A stretch of DNA of 35,266 bases, from the NCBI GenBank assembly GCA_945866155.1, contig CAMBGL010000001.1, positions 1-35,266 of the forward strand, in the 5' to 3' direction. A program made the translations under genes and the position numbers. Positions within the stretch are counted from its first letter, which is position 1, and each line of letters begins with the position of its first letter. The notes below the pieces were generated by a model. That model was not told the DNA's origin. It made no database searches and saw nothing but the letters and a program-made list of their open reading frames with translations. Shown here piece by piece: positions 9,416 to 18,472 of the stretch. Source of the DNA: Bifidobacterium breve. Lineage in GTDB: Bacteria > Actinomycetota > Actinomycetes > Nanopelagicales > Nanopelagicaceae.

Positions 9416-9736
9416 TTGACCTACGTGATTGCCGAGCCATGCGTCGATGTGAAAGATAAGTCCTGCATCGAAGAATGTCCTGTGGACTGTATTTACGAAG
9501 GCAATCGCATGCTCTACATCCAACCTGACGAATGTGTTGATTGCGGCGCCTGCGAGCCAGTGTGCCCAGTTGAAGCGATTTATTACGAAGATGATGTGCC
9601 ATCACAGTGGAAAGATTTCACAAAGGTCAATACAGAATTCTTCGTTGAGATTGGCTCACCAGGTGGTGCAGGCAAAGTTGGCCTCGTCAACAGTGATCAC
9701 TCAGAGGTTGTAGCACTTCCACCCAAGAGCGAGTAA
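9416..9736 (+). CDS. fdxA: 7Fe ([3Fe-4S][4Fe-4S]) ferredoxin
   Basis: TYVIAEPCVDVKDKSCIEECPVDCIYEG...ECVDCGACEPVCPVEAI. Confidence 0.95.
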   Translation: MTYVIAEPCVDVKDKSCIEECPVDCIYEGNRMLYIQPDECVDCGACEPVCPVEAIYYEDDVPSQWKDFTKVNTEFFVEIGSPGGAGKVGLVNSDHSEVVALPPKSE

Positions 9737-9742
9737 AAGTTT

Positions 9743-10816
9743 TTGCGCTCCTCACTTCCAGATTTTCCCTGGGATGCACTCGCTCCTTATGGAGAGATTG
9801 CGCGAGGACATGCAGGCGGAATTATCGATCTTTCGCAAGGTACTCCAGTTGATTCAACTCCAGAATTTATACAGAACAAATTTCGCGAGTCTTCAAATTC
9901 TCCCCGATATCCAGTAACGGCTGGAACTCCAGAGCTACGTGAGGCGATGAGAAGTTGGGCGCTCAATCATTTAGGCGCGACTGGCGACTTTGATGTATTA
10001 CCAGTAATCGGTTCCAAAGAATTGGTTGCATGGCTTCCAACAATTCTGCAATCAAAGAAAGTCTTGATTCCAGAAGTTGCATATCCGACTTATAACGTTG
10101 GCGCCATTATTGCTAGCGCGCAAGCAATTACAGTCCCGATTGATGCAAAAAATTGGCCTGATGCTGATTTAGCCTGGATAAATTCTCCATCAAATCCAAC
10201 AGGGCAAGTGCATACCGATGGTGAAATTGCGAGCGCAATCAACTGGTCTCAAAAGAATAATTCACCTTTAGTCTCAGATGAGTGTTACTTAGATTTTGGT
10301 GATTCTGCACAAGGGCGCTCGCTACTTGCAATTGCGCAAGGAAAGAATACAAATCTACTCGCTGTCCATTCACTTTCGAAGCGATCTTCAATGGCTGGTT
10401 ATCGCGGTGCAATCCTTATCGGTGATGCAAAACTAATCGCCACAATCCGCGAGTTCCGCAAGCATGCGGGAATGATGGTTCCTCTGCCTGTGCAGAATGC
10501 AATGGTCGTAGCACTCAGTGATGAAACACATGTTGGCGAACAACGCGCAAGATATAACAAGCGTCGTGCGCTACTTGGACCGGCGCTTACGAAGGCTGGA
10601 TTTTTTATTGAGTATTCACATGCAGGCCTATACATCTGGTGTACTCGAAATGAAGATGCTTGGAAGAGTGTTGCCTGGCTAGCAGAATTAGGAATATTAG
10701 CAACGCCAGGATCCTTCTACGGTGAAAAAGGTGCCTCCCATATCCGTGTTGCACTTACTGCAACAGATGAACAGATTTCAGATGCAGTACAACGAATTGA
10801 AAGTGCAGTCAAATAG
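9743..10816 (+). CDS. dapC: N-succinyldiaminopimelate aminotransferase
   Basis: LPDFPWD, DLSQGTPVD, NSPSNPTG, SDECY, SLSKRS (PLP lysine); conserved fdxA-dapC pair. Confidence 0.92.
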   Translation: MRSSLPDFPWDALAPYGEIARGHAGGIIDLSQGTPVDSTPEFIQNKFRESSNSPRYPVTAGTPELREAMRSWALNHLGATGDFDVLPVIGSKELVAWLPTILQSKKVLIPEVAYPTYNVGAIIASAQAITVPIDAKNWPDADLAWINSPSNPTGQVHTDGEIASAINWSQKNNSPLVSDECYLDFGDSAQGRSLLAIAQGKNTNLLAVHSLSKRSSMAGYRGAILIGDAKLIATIREFRKHAGMMVPLPVQNAMVVALSDETHVGEQRARYNKRRALLGPALTKAGFFIEYSHAGLYIWCTRNEDAWKSVAWLAELGILATPGSFYGEKGASHIRVALTATDEQISDAVQRIESAVK

Positions 10817-10818
10817 TC

Positions 10819-11826
10819 ATGGCAGTTGGAATACTTCTAGTTGGTGGCTTTGGAACGCGCCTTATGCCACTGACTCGCCATACGCCAAAACCAATGCTCC
10901 CAGTGGCGGGCCTACCAGTTACTGAGCATCAGCTAGCCATGGCGCGAAGCGCAGGAATCACAACAGTTGTCTTAGCGACTTCTTATTTATCAGAAGTTTT
11001 TATTCCATATTTTGGAGATGGTTCAGAATTTGGAATGAAGTTACTTTATGCCGTCGAAAAGGAACCTCTTGGAACTGGGGGAGCGATTCGAAATGCTGCA
11101 GATTTGCTTGGCAGAGATGAATCTATTGTCATATTCAATGGCGATGTACTGAGTTCACATAATTTGCGTGGTCAAATAGATTTTCATGAAAAAAATAGCG
11201 CAGATGTAACATTGCACCTCACTAATGTTGAAGATGCTCGCGCCTATGGATGCGTACCAATGGATTCAAATGGACGAGTCACCGCATTTCTTGAAAAAAT
11301 GGAAAACCCTCCAACTAATACAATCAATGCAGGATGTTATGTTTTTACTCCATCCGTCATTGATGAAATCGCACCAAAGACAGTTGTGAGTATTGAGCGC
11401 GAAACATTCCCGCATTTAGTGTCATCTGGTAAAAAAGTATTTGGATATGTAGATCAGAGTTATTGGTTAGATATTGGAACTCCTAAAGCACTCATGCAAG
11501 GCTCACGTGATTTAGTAAGCGGAGTGGCAGATGCACCTGCACTTCTTCGCGCAAAGGTAGTGAGCCATTCACGAGAATCTGTGGTCATGGATGGTGCGCG
11601 CATTGATGCCAGTGCCACAATTTCAGGGGCTAGCGCCATAGGTTCGGGCTCAATAATTGGAGCTGGCGCGATAGTTGATGGATCGATTATTGGTAGCGAT
11701 GTAGTAATCGGAGAAGGTGCATCGATTACAGATTCATTTATCGCCTCAGGGACAAAAGTTGAGAAAAATTCTCACATTTCGGGTAGTTATTGCGAAAAAG
11801 GGGAAATATCTTCATTAAATCTCTGA
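10819..11826 (+). CDS. Mannose-1-phosphate guanylyltransferase (Rv3264c-like NDP-sugar pyrophosphorylase)
   Basis: GGFGTRLMPLT..PKPMLPVAG, EPLGTGGAIRN, FLEK, INAGCYVF, WLDIGTP; C-terminal hexapeptide beta-helix. Confidence 0.88.
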   Translation: MAVGILLVGGFGTRLMPLTRHTPKPMLPVAGLPVTEHQLAMARSAGITTVVLATSYLSEVFIPYFGDGSEFGMKLLYAVEKEPLGTGGAIRNAADLLGRDESIVIFNGDVLSSHNLRGQIDFHEKNSADVTLHLTNVEDARAYGCVPMDSNGRVTAFLEKMENPPTNTINAGCYVFTPSVIDEIAPKTVVSIERETFPHLVSSGKKVFGYVDQSYWLDIGTPKALMQGSRDLVSGVADAPALLRAKVVSHSRESVVMDGARIDASATISGASAIGSGSIIGAGAIVDGSIIGSDVVIGEGASITDSFIASGTKVEKNSHISGSYCEKGEISSLNL

Positions 11827-11874
11827 TTCGTGAGATTCTGAGCGTGATTTTCTGACAATAGTTTGCTCTATGAC

Positions 11875-11905
11875 TTGACTTACGGGAGTTACAAGCGTGT
11901 AATTC
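11875..11905 (+). promoter_or_regulatory. Putative whiB2 promoter with overlapping imperfect palindrome
   Basis: TTGACT (11875-11880), 17-bp spacer, TGTAAT (11898-11903); GAGTTACA-N4-TGTAATTC inverted repeat at 11886-11905. Confidence 0.5.
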
Positions 11906-11963
11906 ACCTCTAGAAGGTTTTTTCCAACAGGGAAAAGACCCAAAGCTCGCAAGGAGAATCGGA

Positions 11964-12263
11964 ATGCCGATCCGACCTGAAGCTAATCCCCAAGCAGGTA
12001 TTACTAGTGGACCTACTATCAAATTAGAGAGCGGTGAGAGCATTGAGCTTTCATGGCAAGAACGCGCTCTTTGTGCCCAGACAGATCCTGAGGCATTCTT
12101 TCCAGAAAAAGGTGGCTCAACTCGCGAAGCAAAGCGCGTATGCCTTTCATGTGATGTTCGTTCGCAATGTTTGGAATATGCACTGGCACACGATGAACGT
12201 TTCGGTATTTGGGGTGGACTCTCCGAACGCGAACGCCGTCGTCTAAAGCGCCGATCAGCATAG
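11964..12263 (+). CDS. whiB2: WhiB-family Fe-S regulator, WhiB/WhiB2 (WhmD) ortholog
   Basis: WQERALCAQTDPEAFFPEKGGSTREAKRVC..C.VR..CLEYAL...ERFGIWGGLSERERRRLK; SD AAGGAG at 11951-11956. Confidence 0.95.
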   Translation: MPIRPEANPQAGITSGPTIKLESGESIELSWQERALCAQTDPEAFFPEKGGSTREAKRVCLSCDVRSQCLEYALAHDERFGIWGGLSERERRRLKRRSA

Positions 12264-12267
12264 GCAC

Positions 12268-12283
12268 TTAGCCGAAAGGCTAA
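12268..12283 (+). other. GNRA-tetraloop hairpin between whiB2 and the glycosyltransferase gene
   Basis: TTAGCC-GAAA-GGCTAA; no U-tract follows. Confidence 0.55.
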
Positions 12284-12288
12284 AGACT

Positions 12289-15200
12289 ATGGCTGAAAAA
12301 ATCGCGATTGATTTACATCGCGTAACTGCAATCCTTGTCGTACACGATGGTGCTTTGTGGTTACCAGAAGTTGTTGCATCGATTGCATCGCAGAGTAGAA
12401 GTGCTGATCAAATCATTGCAATTGATACAGGTTCAATTGATGCATCGCCCAAACTTCTCAAAGGTGCAAGGATTCCCACTCTCACCGCGCCTCGCGATTT
12501 AGGTTTTGGAAGTGCAATTGCACAAGGTGTCGAAAAACTTCCTGCAATTGTTTCTGGTGCTCATGAATGGTTGTGGATATTGCACGACGATTGCGCACCA
12601 ACACAGAACGCTCTCGAGAAATTGTTAGAAGCAGTTATTGATCGCCCTCAAGTTGTAATGGCAGGACCAAAATTACTTGGATGGCATGACCGAACACATT
12701 TATTAGAAGTTGGTGTCAGCATTGCTGGAAATGGCGCTCGCTGGACTGGACTAGAAAAAAATGAATATGATCAAGGCCAGCGTGATGGCATAAGTGAAGT
12801 TTTATCTGTCAGCACTGCAGGAGCGCTGATTCGGCGAGATGTATTTGAAGAACTTGGCGGATTTGATTCAGAACTTGCATTATTTCGCGACGATGTCGAT
12901 TTTGGATGGCGCGCTCGAGTAGCTGGACATTCAGTCATAGTGGTTACCGATGCTGTGGCATTTCATGCACAAGCATCGGCAACAGAGCGTCGCTCGATTG
13001 ATGTTGATGGCGCACTTTTACATAGACCGCTCTTGCTTGATCGCAGAAATGCAGCATATGTATTACTTGCGAATTCTTCTTGGTGGCTCCTGCCATGGCT
13101 CTCCCTACAACTATTAGGTTCTGCCATTGGCCGCGCGGTTGTTTATCTCATAGCAAAATTACCAGGTTATGCAGGCGATGAGCTCTTGGCAGTTACGACT
13201 CTACTAATCCGACCAGACACAATTCTTAGCGCCCGTAAAGCCCGAAAGAAAACTCGAATGATTTCTGCGCGAGTGGTGGCTTCTTATATTCCACCGCGTT
13301 GGTCGCAATTGAGACTATCGGCGAGCAATATCGCAGTATCAATCCGTGAGCGTTTATTACCAACAACGACTGAGCTAAGTTCTTCATCAATAGAAATTAA
13401 TGAAGATGAAGATTTGTTGGTTCCGATGGCAAGTGCAAAATGGAGTTCACTATTTAGAAAACCACAACTGTTGGCAACGTTACTGATTCTTTTCTTCACA
13501 ATCATTTGGTCACGTAATCGATTTGGCTCATTAGTTGGTGGAGCTTTGCCTGCAACCCCCGAGAGCGCTATGGACTTATGGCGCAGTTATCTTGAATCAT
13601 GGCATCAGGTAGGAATGGGAAGCACAAGCGCTTCACCAACATGGGTGGCGATAATTGCAGCGCTATCGACGATACTCTTTGGAAAAAGTGGACTACTTAT
13701 TACTCTCTTCTTTCTACTTGCGCCTCTCCTAATGGTGATATCGAGTTTTCATCTATTTGCGCAATTTACTAAAAACCGATGGCTTGCAACCATTTGTGCA
13801 CTTCTTTATGCAATCTCGCCTGTTTCAATTGCTTCGATAAATTCTGGACGACTCGGAACCATCACCGTAATAATTCTCTTGCCACTGCTCATTATGACTC
13901 TTGGAAAATGGGAGAGTATTGACGAGTACTCCTGGCGCCGTATTTGGGCTATCTCCTTGCTTGCAGCAGTAATTTTTGCCTTCTCACTCTCATTCTTTAT
14001 CATCTCGATTTTTGTCGTTGCATATGCAATTCTTAAGGATTATAAAAAGAATATTTCTTTCAGAGAACGACTAAAGAAGCGCTTTGCTTTACTCATTGCT
14101 CCATTTTTGATCAATTCACCATATTCTTTTGAAGCGATTCTTCACCCTGTGCGTTTTCTTAGTGAGCCAGGCATTGCTTTTTCTGGTGGAGGACCAAATC
14201 TTGCTCTAATTGGAAATCCGGGCGGATCGGGCTCGATACCTTGGTGGATCATCAGCCCTATATTGCTAATTCTACTTATTGCTCTATTTTCTTCTAGCGG
14301 CGCTAGGAGAGTTGCTGAAGTTGGATTTGTAATTTTACTCGCAGGAACCGTTTTATCATCGCTTTCAATTTCAGTACACGGGAATTCTTCATCGGTAAAG
14401 ATTTGGGTTGGAACTTTTATCGCGTGTGCAACTCTTGCTTCAGGGATTTGTGCAGTAATAATTCTTGATAAATTGCGAGATGTACTTCGATCGTCTCATC
14501 TCCATCACAGGCACTACTTAGCGGCACTCCTACTCGTTGTGACTGCACTCTATGCAACAAGTGCAATTTTTTGGACATCGGGCGCTGGCGCAGACTCGAC
14601 AGTGAGAAGTAATAAAGTCACTGTGATCCCTGCATTCCTAGGTGTAGAGAAGAGCACAAAGACTCTAGTTATTAGACAGGTAAGGGTCAGCGGAGAAAAT
14701 GAATTGCAGTTCTCTATTTCAAGAGGTAAAGAACTCTTCTTGGGCGACCCAGATGTTTCTCCCAATACCGTCGCTGCTATTGATACTGCAGTTAGAGATC
14801 TAATCGATGGATCGGGATTATCGACGAGTGAACTTCTTTCACGGTATGGAATCAAATATATATTCGTAAAAAATCCCGCTAATGAAGATGTTATCCGCGC
14901 GATTGATGGTTTGGGTGGCTTTACGCGAACATCGGCAACGAATGCTGGAATCATCTGGAAAGTCTCGGGTGCAACTGGCAGATTAATCTTTACTGATTCA
15001 AATGGAAAACGACAGAACTTAGATAGTGGAGAAATCGGTGTTCGAGCATCTTTGCCTGGGCCGGGAACGCTCACGCTGACTGAAAATTACAGCAGCTCGT
15101 GGAGAGTGCTCAAAGATGGACAATATTTAGAACGAAGTAAGAATGAAAATGGGCTACCAACCTTTACTGCACTTTCAGGTGGTGAGTTTTCTTTAATTCA

Positions 15201-15321
15201 CGATGGAACTACTCGTCGAGGCCTATTGTCGCTGCAATTTATCTTTCTTGTGAGTGTGATCGTTCTTGCTCTTCCAGCCGGGCGTCGTAAGTCGCAAATT
15301 TCAGAGAAGGAGCTTGCATGA
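12289..15321 (+). CDS. Large glycosyltransferase family 2 protein fused to a multi-pass membrane region
   Basis: N-terminal GT-A fold (VVHDG, IDTGS.D, WILHDD, GGFD...DDVDFGWR); many TM helices and a probable extracytoplasmic C-terminal domain. Confidence 0.85.
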   Translation: MAEKIAIDLHRVTAILVVHDGALWLPEVVASIASQSRSADQIIAIDTGSIDASPKLLKGARIPTLTAPRDLGFGSAIAQGVEKLPAIVSGAHEWLWILHDDCAPTQNALEKLLEAVIDRPQVVMAGPKLLGWHDRTHLLEVGVSIAGNGARWTGLEKNEYDQGQRDGISEVLSVSTAGALIRRDVFEELGGFDSELALFRDDVDFGWRARVAGHSVIVVTDAVAFHAQASATERRSIDVDGALLHRPLLLDRRNAAYVLLANSSWWLLPWLSLQLLGSAIGRAVVYLIAKLPGYAGDELLAVTTLLIRPDTILSARKARKKTRMISARVVASYIPPRWSQLRLSASNIAVSIRERLLPTTTELSSSSIEINEDEDLLVPMASAKWSSLFRKPQLLATLLILFFTIIWSRNRFGSLVGGALPATPESAMDLWRSYLESWHQVGMGSTSASPTWVAIIAALSTILFGKSGLLITLFFLLAPLLMVISSFHLFAQFTKNRWLATICALLYAISPVSIASINSGRLGTITVIILLPLLIMTLGKWESIDEYSWRRIWAISLLAAVIFAFSLSFFIISIFVVAYAILKDYKKNISFRERLKKRFALLIAPFLINSPYSFEAILHPVRFLSEPGIAFSGGGPNLALIGNPGGSGSIPWWIISPILLILLIALFSSSGARRVAEVGFVILLAGTVLSSLSISVHGNSSSVKIWVGTFIACATLASGICAVIILDKLRDVLRSSHLHHRHYLAALLLVVTALYATSAIFWTSGAGADSTVRSNKVTVIPAFLGVEKSTKTLVIRQVRVSGENELQFSISRGKELFLGDPDVSPNTVAAIDTAVRDLIDGSGLSTSELLSRYGIKYIFVKNPANEDVIRAIDGLGGFTRTSATNAGIIWKVSGATGRLIFTDSNGKRQNLDSGEIGVRASLPGPGTLTLTENYSSSWRVLKDGQYLERSKNENGLPTFTALSGGEFSLIHDGTTRRGLLSLQFIFLVSVIVLALPAGRRKSQISEKELA

Positions 15322-16628
15322 AATTTCGCCGTCCTGCACTCGTCATCTCACTTCTGGCCATAGTTTTAGTGAGCAGTAATTACCTAGACAATTCGGTTTT
15401 CTCAAGTGGCTATACAAAGAATTATCCAGTTGTTGTCTGTCCGCCAACTCTTCCCGGCTTGGCTTCGCAAGTTTCGGTTTCAGGGGTAAAAACAAAGTAT
15501 CGATATGTCGCGAGTAAGAAAACTACGATGTCACCCACTGGATTTGCTCGGCTTCCAATAACTAAAGATGCAGTTCTCATTGATGCAGTGGGTGTAACAC
15601 CAACAATTTGGCAGAGTAGAAGTGGAAGCTGGGCTGGAGCAACTATTTGTTCGGGGCCGATATCTTCACAATGGTTTGTTGGCGGCACTGCCGATATCAC
15701 TAGTAAAGGCCGACTCCTAATAGTAAATAGTGGTTTGAGCGAGGCGATCATCGATGTTTCGGTATGGAGTGAATCAGGTGCACAAGCAATTAAAGTTCTT
15801 ACAATTCCTGCACGTACGTATAGTGCCCAAGGTCTAGATTCACTAGCACCAGGTGAATCAAAGTTAGTAATAAATGTTTCAGCTCGTGCAGGTCGCGTCA
15901 ATGCTTTTGTAGTTGATGAACGCGGTAAAGGATTGCGCAGCCTGGGCGGAGATATGGTCAATTCTGTTGAAGATGTTGCCAAGGTCCAAGTGATACCAGC
16001 AATACCAAATCAAAGTTCAAGAAATAATAGAGGCGCAAAGGCTGAATATGTACTGCGCGTCCTAGCACCTGGCCAACTCGATGCAAGAATCTCGGTAGAA
16101 ATTTTATCTGCTGATGGACGATTCACTCCAGTAGGGCTAAGTCAACGTGTAATCAAAAAAGGAATTGTTGCAGAATTTAGGATCGTACCTAATGTGCCCG
16201 CACGCGCATTTGCTCTTCGGATAACTTCGGATGAACCAGTAGTTTCATCTATCTTCTCAAAAGTTGTGGTTTCGGGACGAAGTGATTTTCTTTGGAGTAC
16301 CCCAGCCGCACCTTTACAAGAAATGTCAATCGCGGTTTCTGGCCTGACTCCATTATTAGTATTTGCAGGGGATAAAATTGATGTAACTCTTGATACACGA
16401 TTCTCAAATGGAAAACATAAGATTATTCAAGTGAAGGCAAGCGATATTGCAACATGGCGAGTGCCAAATAATGCGCGAGTGGTAACAATCGCTCAGACAA
16501 ATAAGGGCGTCACAGGGGGAGCCTTAGTTAGCTCTGTGAATGGTTATGGTTATATTCCATTGACGCCAGGAAGCATTCTTACAAAAGCTTCAATTCCACT
16601 TTCGAATATTCGTGTCTTGAATCCCTAA
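15318..16628 (+). CDS. Secreted or membrane-anchored DUF5719-like protein
   Basis: N-terminal signal/anchor; VVCP and C...QWFVGG motifs; ATGA overlap with GT2; conserved neighbour of GT2 and whiB. Confidence 0.7.
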   Translation: MKFRRPALVISLLAIVLVSSNYLDNSVFSSGYTKNYPVVVCPPTLPGLASQVSVSGVKTKYRYVASKKTTMSPTGFARLPITKDAVLIDAVGVTPTIWQSRSGSWAGATICSGPISSQWFVGGTADITSKGRLLIVNSGLSEAIIDVSVWSESGAQAIKVLTIPARTYSAQGLDSLAPGESKLVINVSARAGRVNAFVVDERGKGLRSLGGDMVNSVEDVAKVQVIPAIPNQSSRNNRGAKAEYVLRVLAPGQLDARISVEILSADGRFTPVGLSQRVIKKGIVAEFRIVPNVPARAFALRITSDEPVVSSIFSKVVVSGRSDFLWSTPAAPLQEMSIAVSGLTPLLVFAGDKIDVTLDTRFSNGKHKIIQVKASDIATWRVPNNARVVTIAQTNKGVTGGALVSSVNGYGYIPLTPGSILTKASIPLSNIRVLNP

Positions 16629-16657
16629 TAATCGGCTACCCCACTAATCTTTGAGGT

Positions 16658-17035
16658 ATGGCGTCACAGGCAAAGTTAGGTAGAAGTTGTTCGCGAGTGA
16701 GTTGTCGCTCAGCAGCAACCATGACCCTTACTTATATCTATGCAGAATCAACTGCAGTGCTTGGTCCTCTTGCAACTTTTTCTGAACCACATTCTTATGA
16801 TCTTTGTGTAGCCCATGGCCAGCGCCTAACGGTTCCACAAGGGTGGAATGTCATACGACAAGAAATTAATCAAGATTTGAGTGGACCCACCGATGACGAT
16901 CTCATGGTCATTGCTGATGCAGTGCGTGAAGCGGCAAATGCGAATACACAAGATGAATCGACTATTTCTAATTCGAACGTGCAATCCAATATTGGTCGAC
17001 GTGGTCACTTGCGCGCTGTACCCACCAATTATTAA
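16658..17035 (+). CDS. DUF3499 family protein (Rv3258c-like)
   Basis: CSRVSC...ATMTLTYIYAESTAVLGPLA...EPHSYDLC..H...LTVPQGW; C-terminal RRGHLR. Confidence 0.9.
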   Translation: MASQAKLGRSCSRVSCRSAATMTLTYIYAESTAVLGPLATFSEPHSYDLCVAHGQRLTVPQGWNVIRQEINQDLSGPTDDDLMVIADAVREAANANTQDESTISNSNVQSNIGRRGHLRAVPTNY

Positions 17036-17037
17036 TA

Positions 17038-18405
17038 ATGAGCACTAATCAGATTCCTTCAATATTTAAAGCCTACGATATTCGCGGTTTAGTTGATTCT
17101 GAAATAACACCAGATTTCACCTTTGCAACAGGCGTTGCATTTGCTCGATTCTTGCAACAAGAACGTGAACCTGGATCAGTTGTTATCGGTGAAGATATGC
17201 GTCCATCGTCCCCAGTTTTGGCAGATGCATTTTCAGCTGGAGTTACTTCTCAAGGCTTAGATGTAAATCGAATCGGATTGGCATCAACAGATATGTTGTA
17301 CTTCGCATCAGGAAAACTTAATCTTCCTGGGGCAATGTTTACTGCAAGCCATAATCCTGCCGAATACAACGGCATAAAGATGTGCCTCAGTGGAGCACGC
17401 CCAATTGGTAAAGAGTCCGGATTACTAACCATTGAAAACTTTGTACGCCAAGGTTCGCCCATGTTTATCCGTTCTATAGGGCTTGAAAAAGAAGTTGAGA
17501 TGCTCACGGAATATGTCGATTATTTATTGTCTTCAGTCGATATGTCAGAGATACGTCGACTCAAAATTGTTGTTGATGCTGGAAATGGAATGGCTGGATA
17601 TACGGCTCCTGCGATATTTGAGCGTCTCAATGTTGAATTAATCCCAATCTATTTTGAACTTGATGGAACTTTTCCAAACCATGAAGCAAACCCAATTGAT
17701 CCAAAGAATCTTAAAGATTTGCAGAAGGCTGTGAAAAAAAATAAAGCTGATTTAGGTCTTGCATTTGATGGTGATGCTGATCGTTGCTTCTTAGTTGATG
17801 AAAACGGCGAGATAGTAAATCCCTCGGATCTAACGTGCCTAGTTGCAGCAAGAGAATTGGCGCGAGTTCCAGGTTCAACAATAATTTATAACTTGATTTC
17901 ATCTAGAGCTGTTCTCGAAGTTGTTGAAGAAAATAGTGGCAAGGGATTGCGAAGTCGAGTTGGTCATTCATATATCAAAAAAATGATGGCTGACAGTGGA
18001 GCGATTTTTGGCGGCGAGCACTCAGGACACTTTTATTTCAAAGATTTTTGGCGCGCAGATTCTGGAGCGTTAGCGGCTCTGCATGCAATTGCGGCAGTTG
18101 GTTCTAGTAATGCATCGATATCAAAAATACTAAAGCCGTATCAACGATATGTATCAAGTGGTGAAATAAATTCAGTCGTTTCCGATGCTGCCGCAGAGAT
18201 GAAAAAAATCGAAGCAAAATATGGTTCTCAATCTGAGGTCGAGATTGATCATCTTGATGGCTTGAGCGTCAATGGCGATACCTGGTGGTTCAATCTTCGT
18301 TCATCAAATACAGAACCACTGCTGCGCCTCAATGTAGAAGCGAAGACGCAGGCACGTATGGAGAAGGTACGTGACGAGGTTCTCAAGGCAATCAAGGGTA
18401 AGTAG
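17038..18405 (+). CDS. manB: Phosphomannomutase/phosphoglucomutase (PmmA-like)
   Basis: FKAYDIRG, TASHNP (phospho-Ser), FDGDADR, GGEHSGH, LRSSNTEPLLRLNVE. Confidence 0.93.
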   Translation: MSTNQIPSIFKAYDIRGLVDSEITPDFTFATGVAFARFLQQEREPGSVVIGEDMRPSSPVLADAFSAGVTSQGLDVNRIGLASTDMLYFASGKLNLPGAMFTASHNPAEYNGIKMCLSGARPIGKESGLLTIENFVRQGSPMFIRSIGLEKEVEMLTEYVDYLLSSVDMSEIRRLKIVVDAGNGMAGYTAPAIFERLNVELIPIYFELDGTFPNHEANPIDPKNLKDLQKAVKKNKADLGLAFDGDADRCFLVDENGEIVNPSDLTCLVAARELARVPGSTIIYNLISSRAVLEVVEENSGKGLRSRVGHSYIKKMMADSGAIFGGEHSGHFYFKDFWRADSGALAALHAIAAVGSSNASISKILKPYQRYVSSGEINSVVSDAAAEMKKIEAKYGSQSEVEIDHLDGLSVNGDTWWFNLRSSNTEPLLRLNVEAKTQARMEKVRDEVLKAIKGK

Positions 18406-18439
18406 ACGCTGTAAACGCGCTCTTTCGCACGCGGGACGG

Positions 18440-18465
18440 TAACCTATCTCCCTGACCAAGAGGAG
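18440..18465 (+). promoter_or_regulatory. Putative -10 (TAACCT) and SD (GAGGAG) for ahcY-mtrAB
   Basis: TAACCT 18440-18445; GAGGAG 18460-18465, 7 nt before GTG 18473. Confidence 0.5.
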
Positions 18466-18472
18466 AACGATT

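Noticed and set aside
14550-15982. Long antisense ORFs (14550-15074 and 15422-15982; likewise 2237-2554 and 19069-19434)
   Set aside because: They lie entirely opposite well-supported genes, have no recognisable motifs, and look like shadow ORFs.
18406-18472. SAH riboswitch upstream of ahcY
   Set aside because: No GAGGAGCG..UGC / CCAGGCUC core is visible. A -10-like TAACCT leaves only about 20 nt of leader, and the weak TCTCC/GGAGA pairing would extend upstream of the likely TSS. An Rfam cmsearch would settle it.
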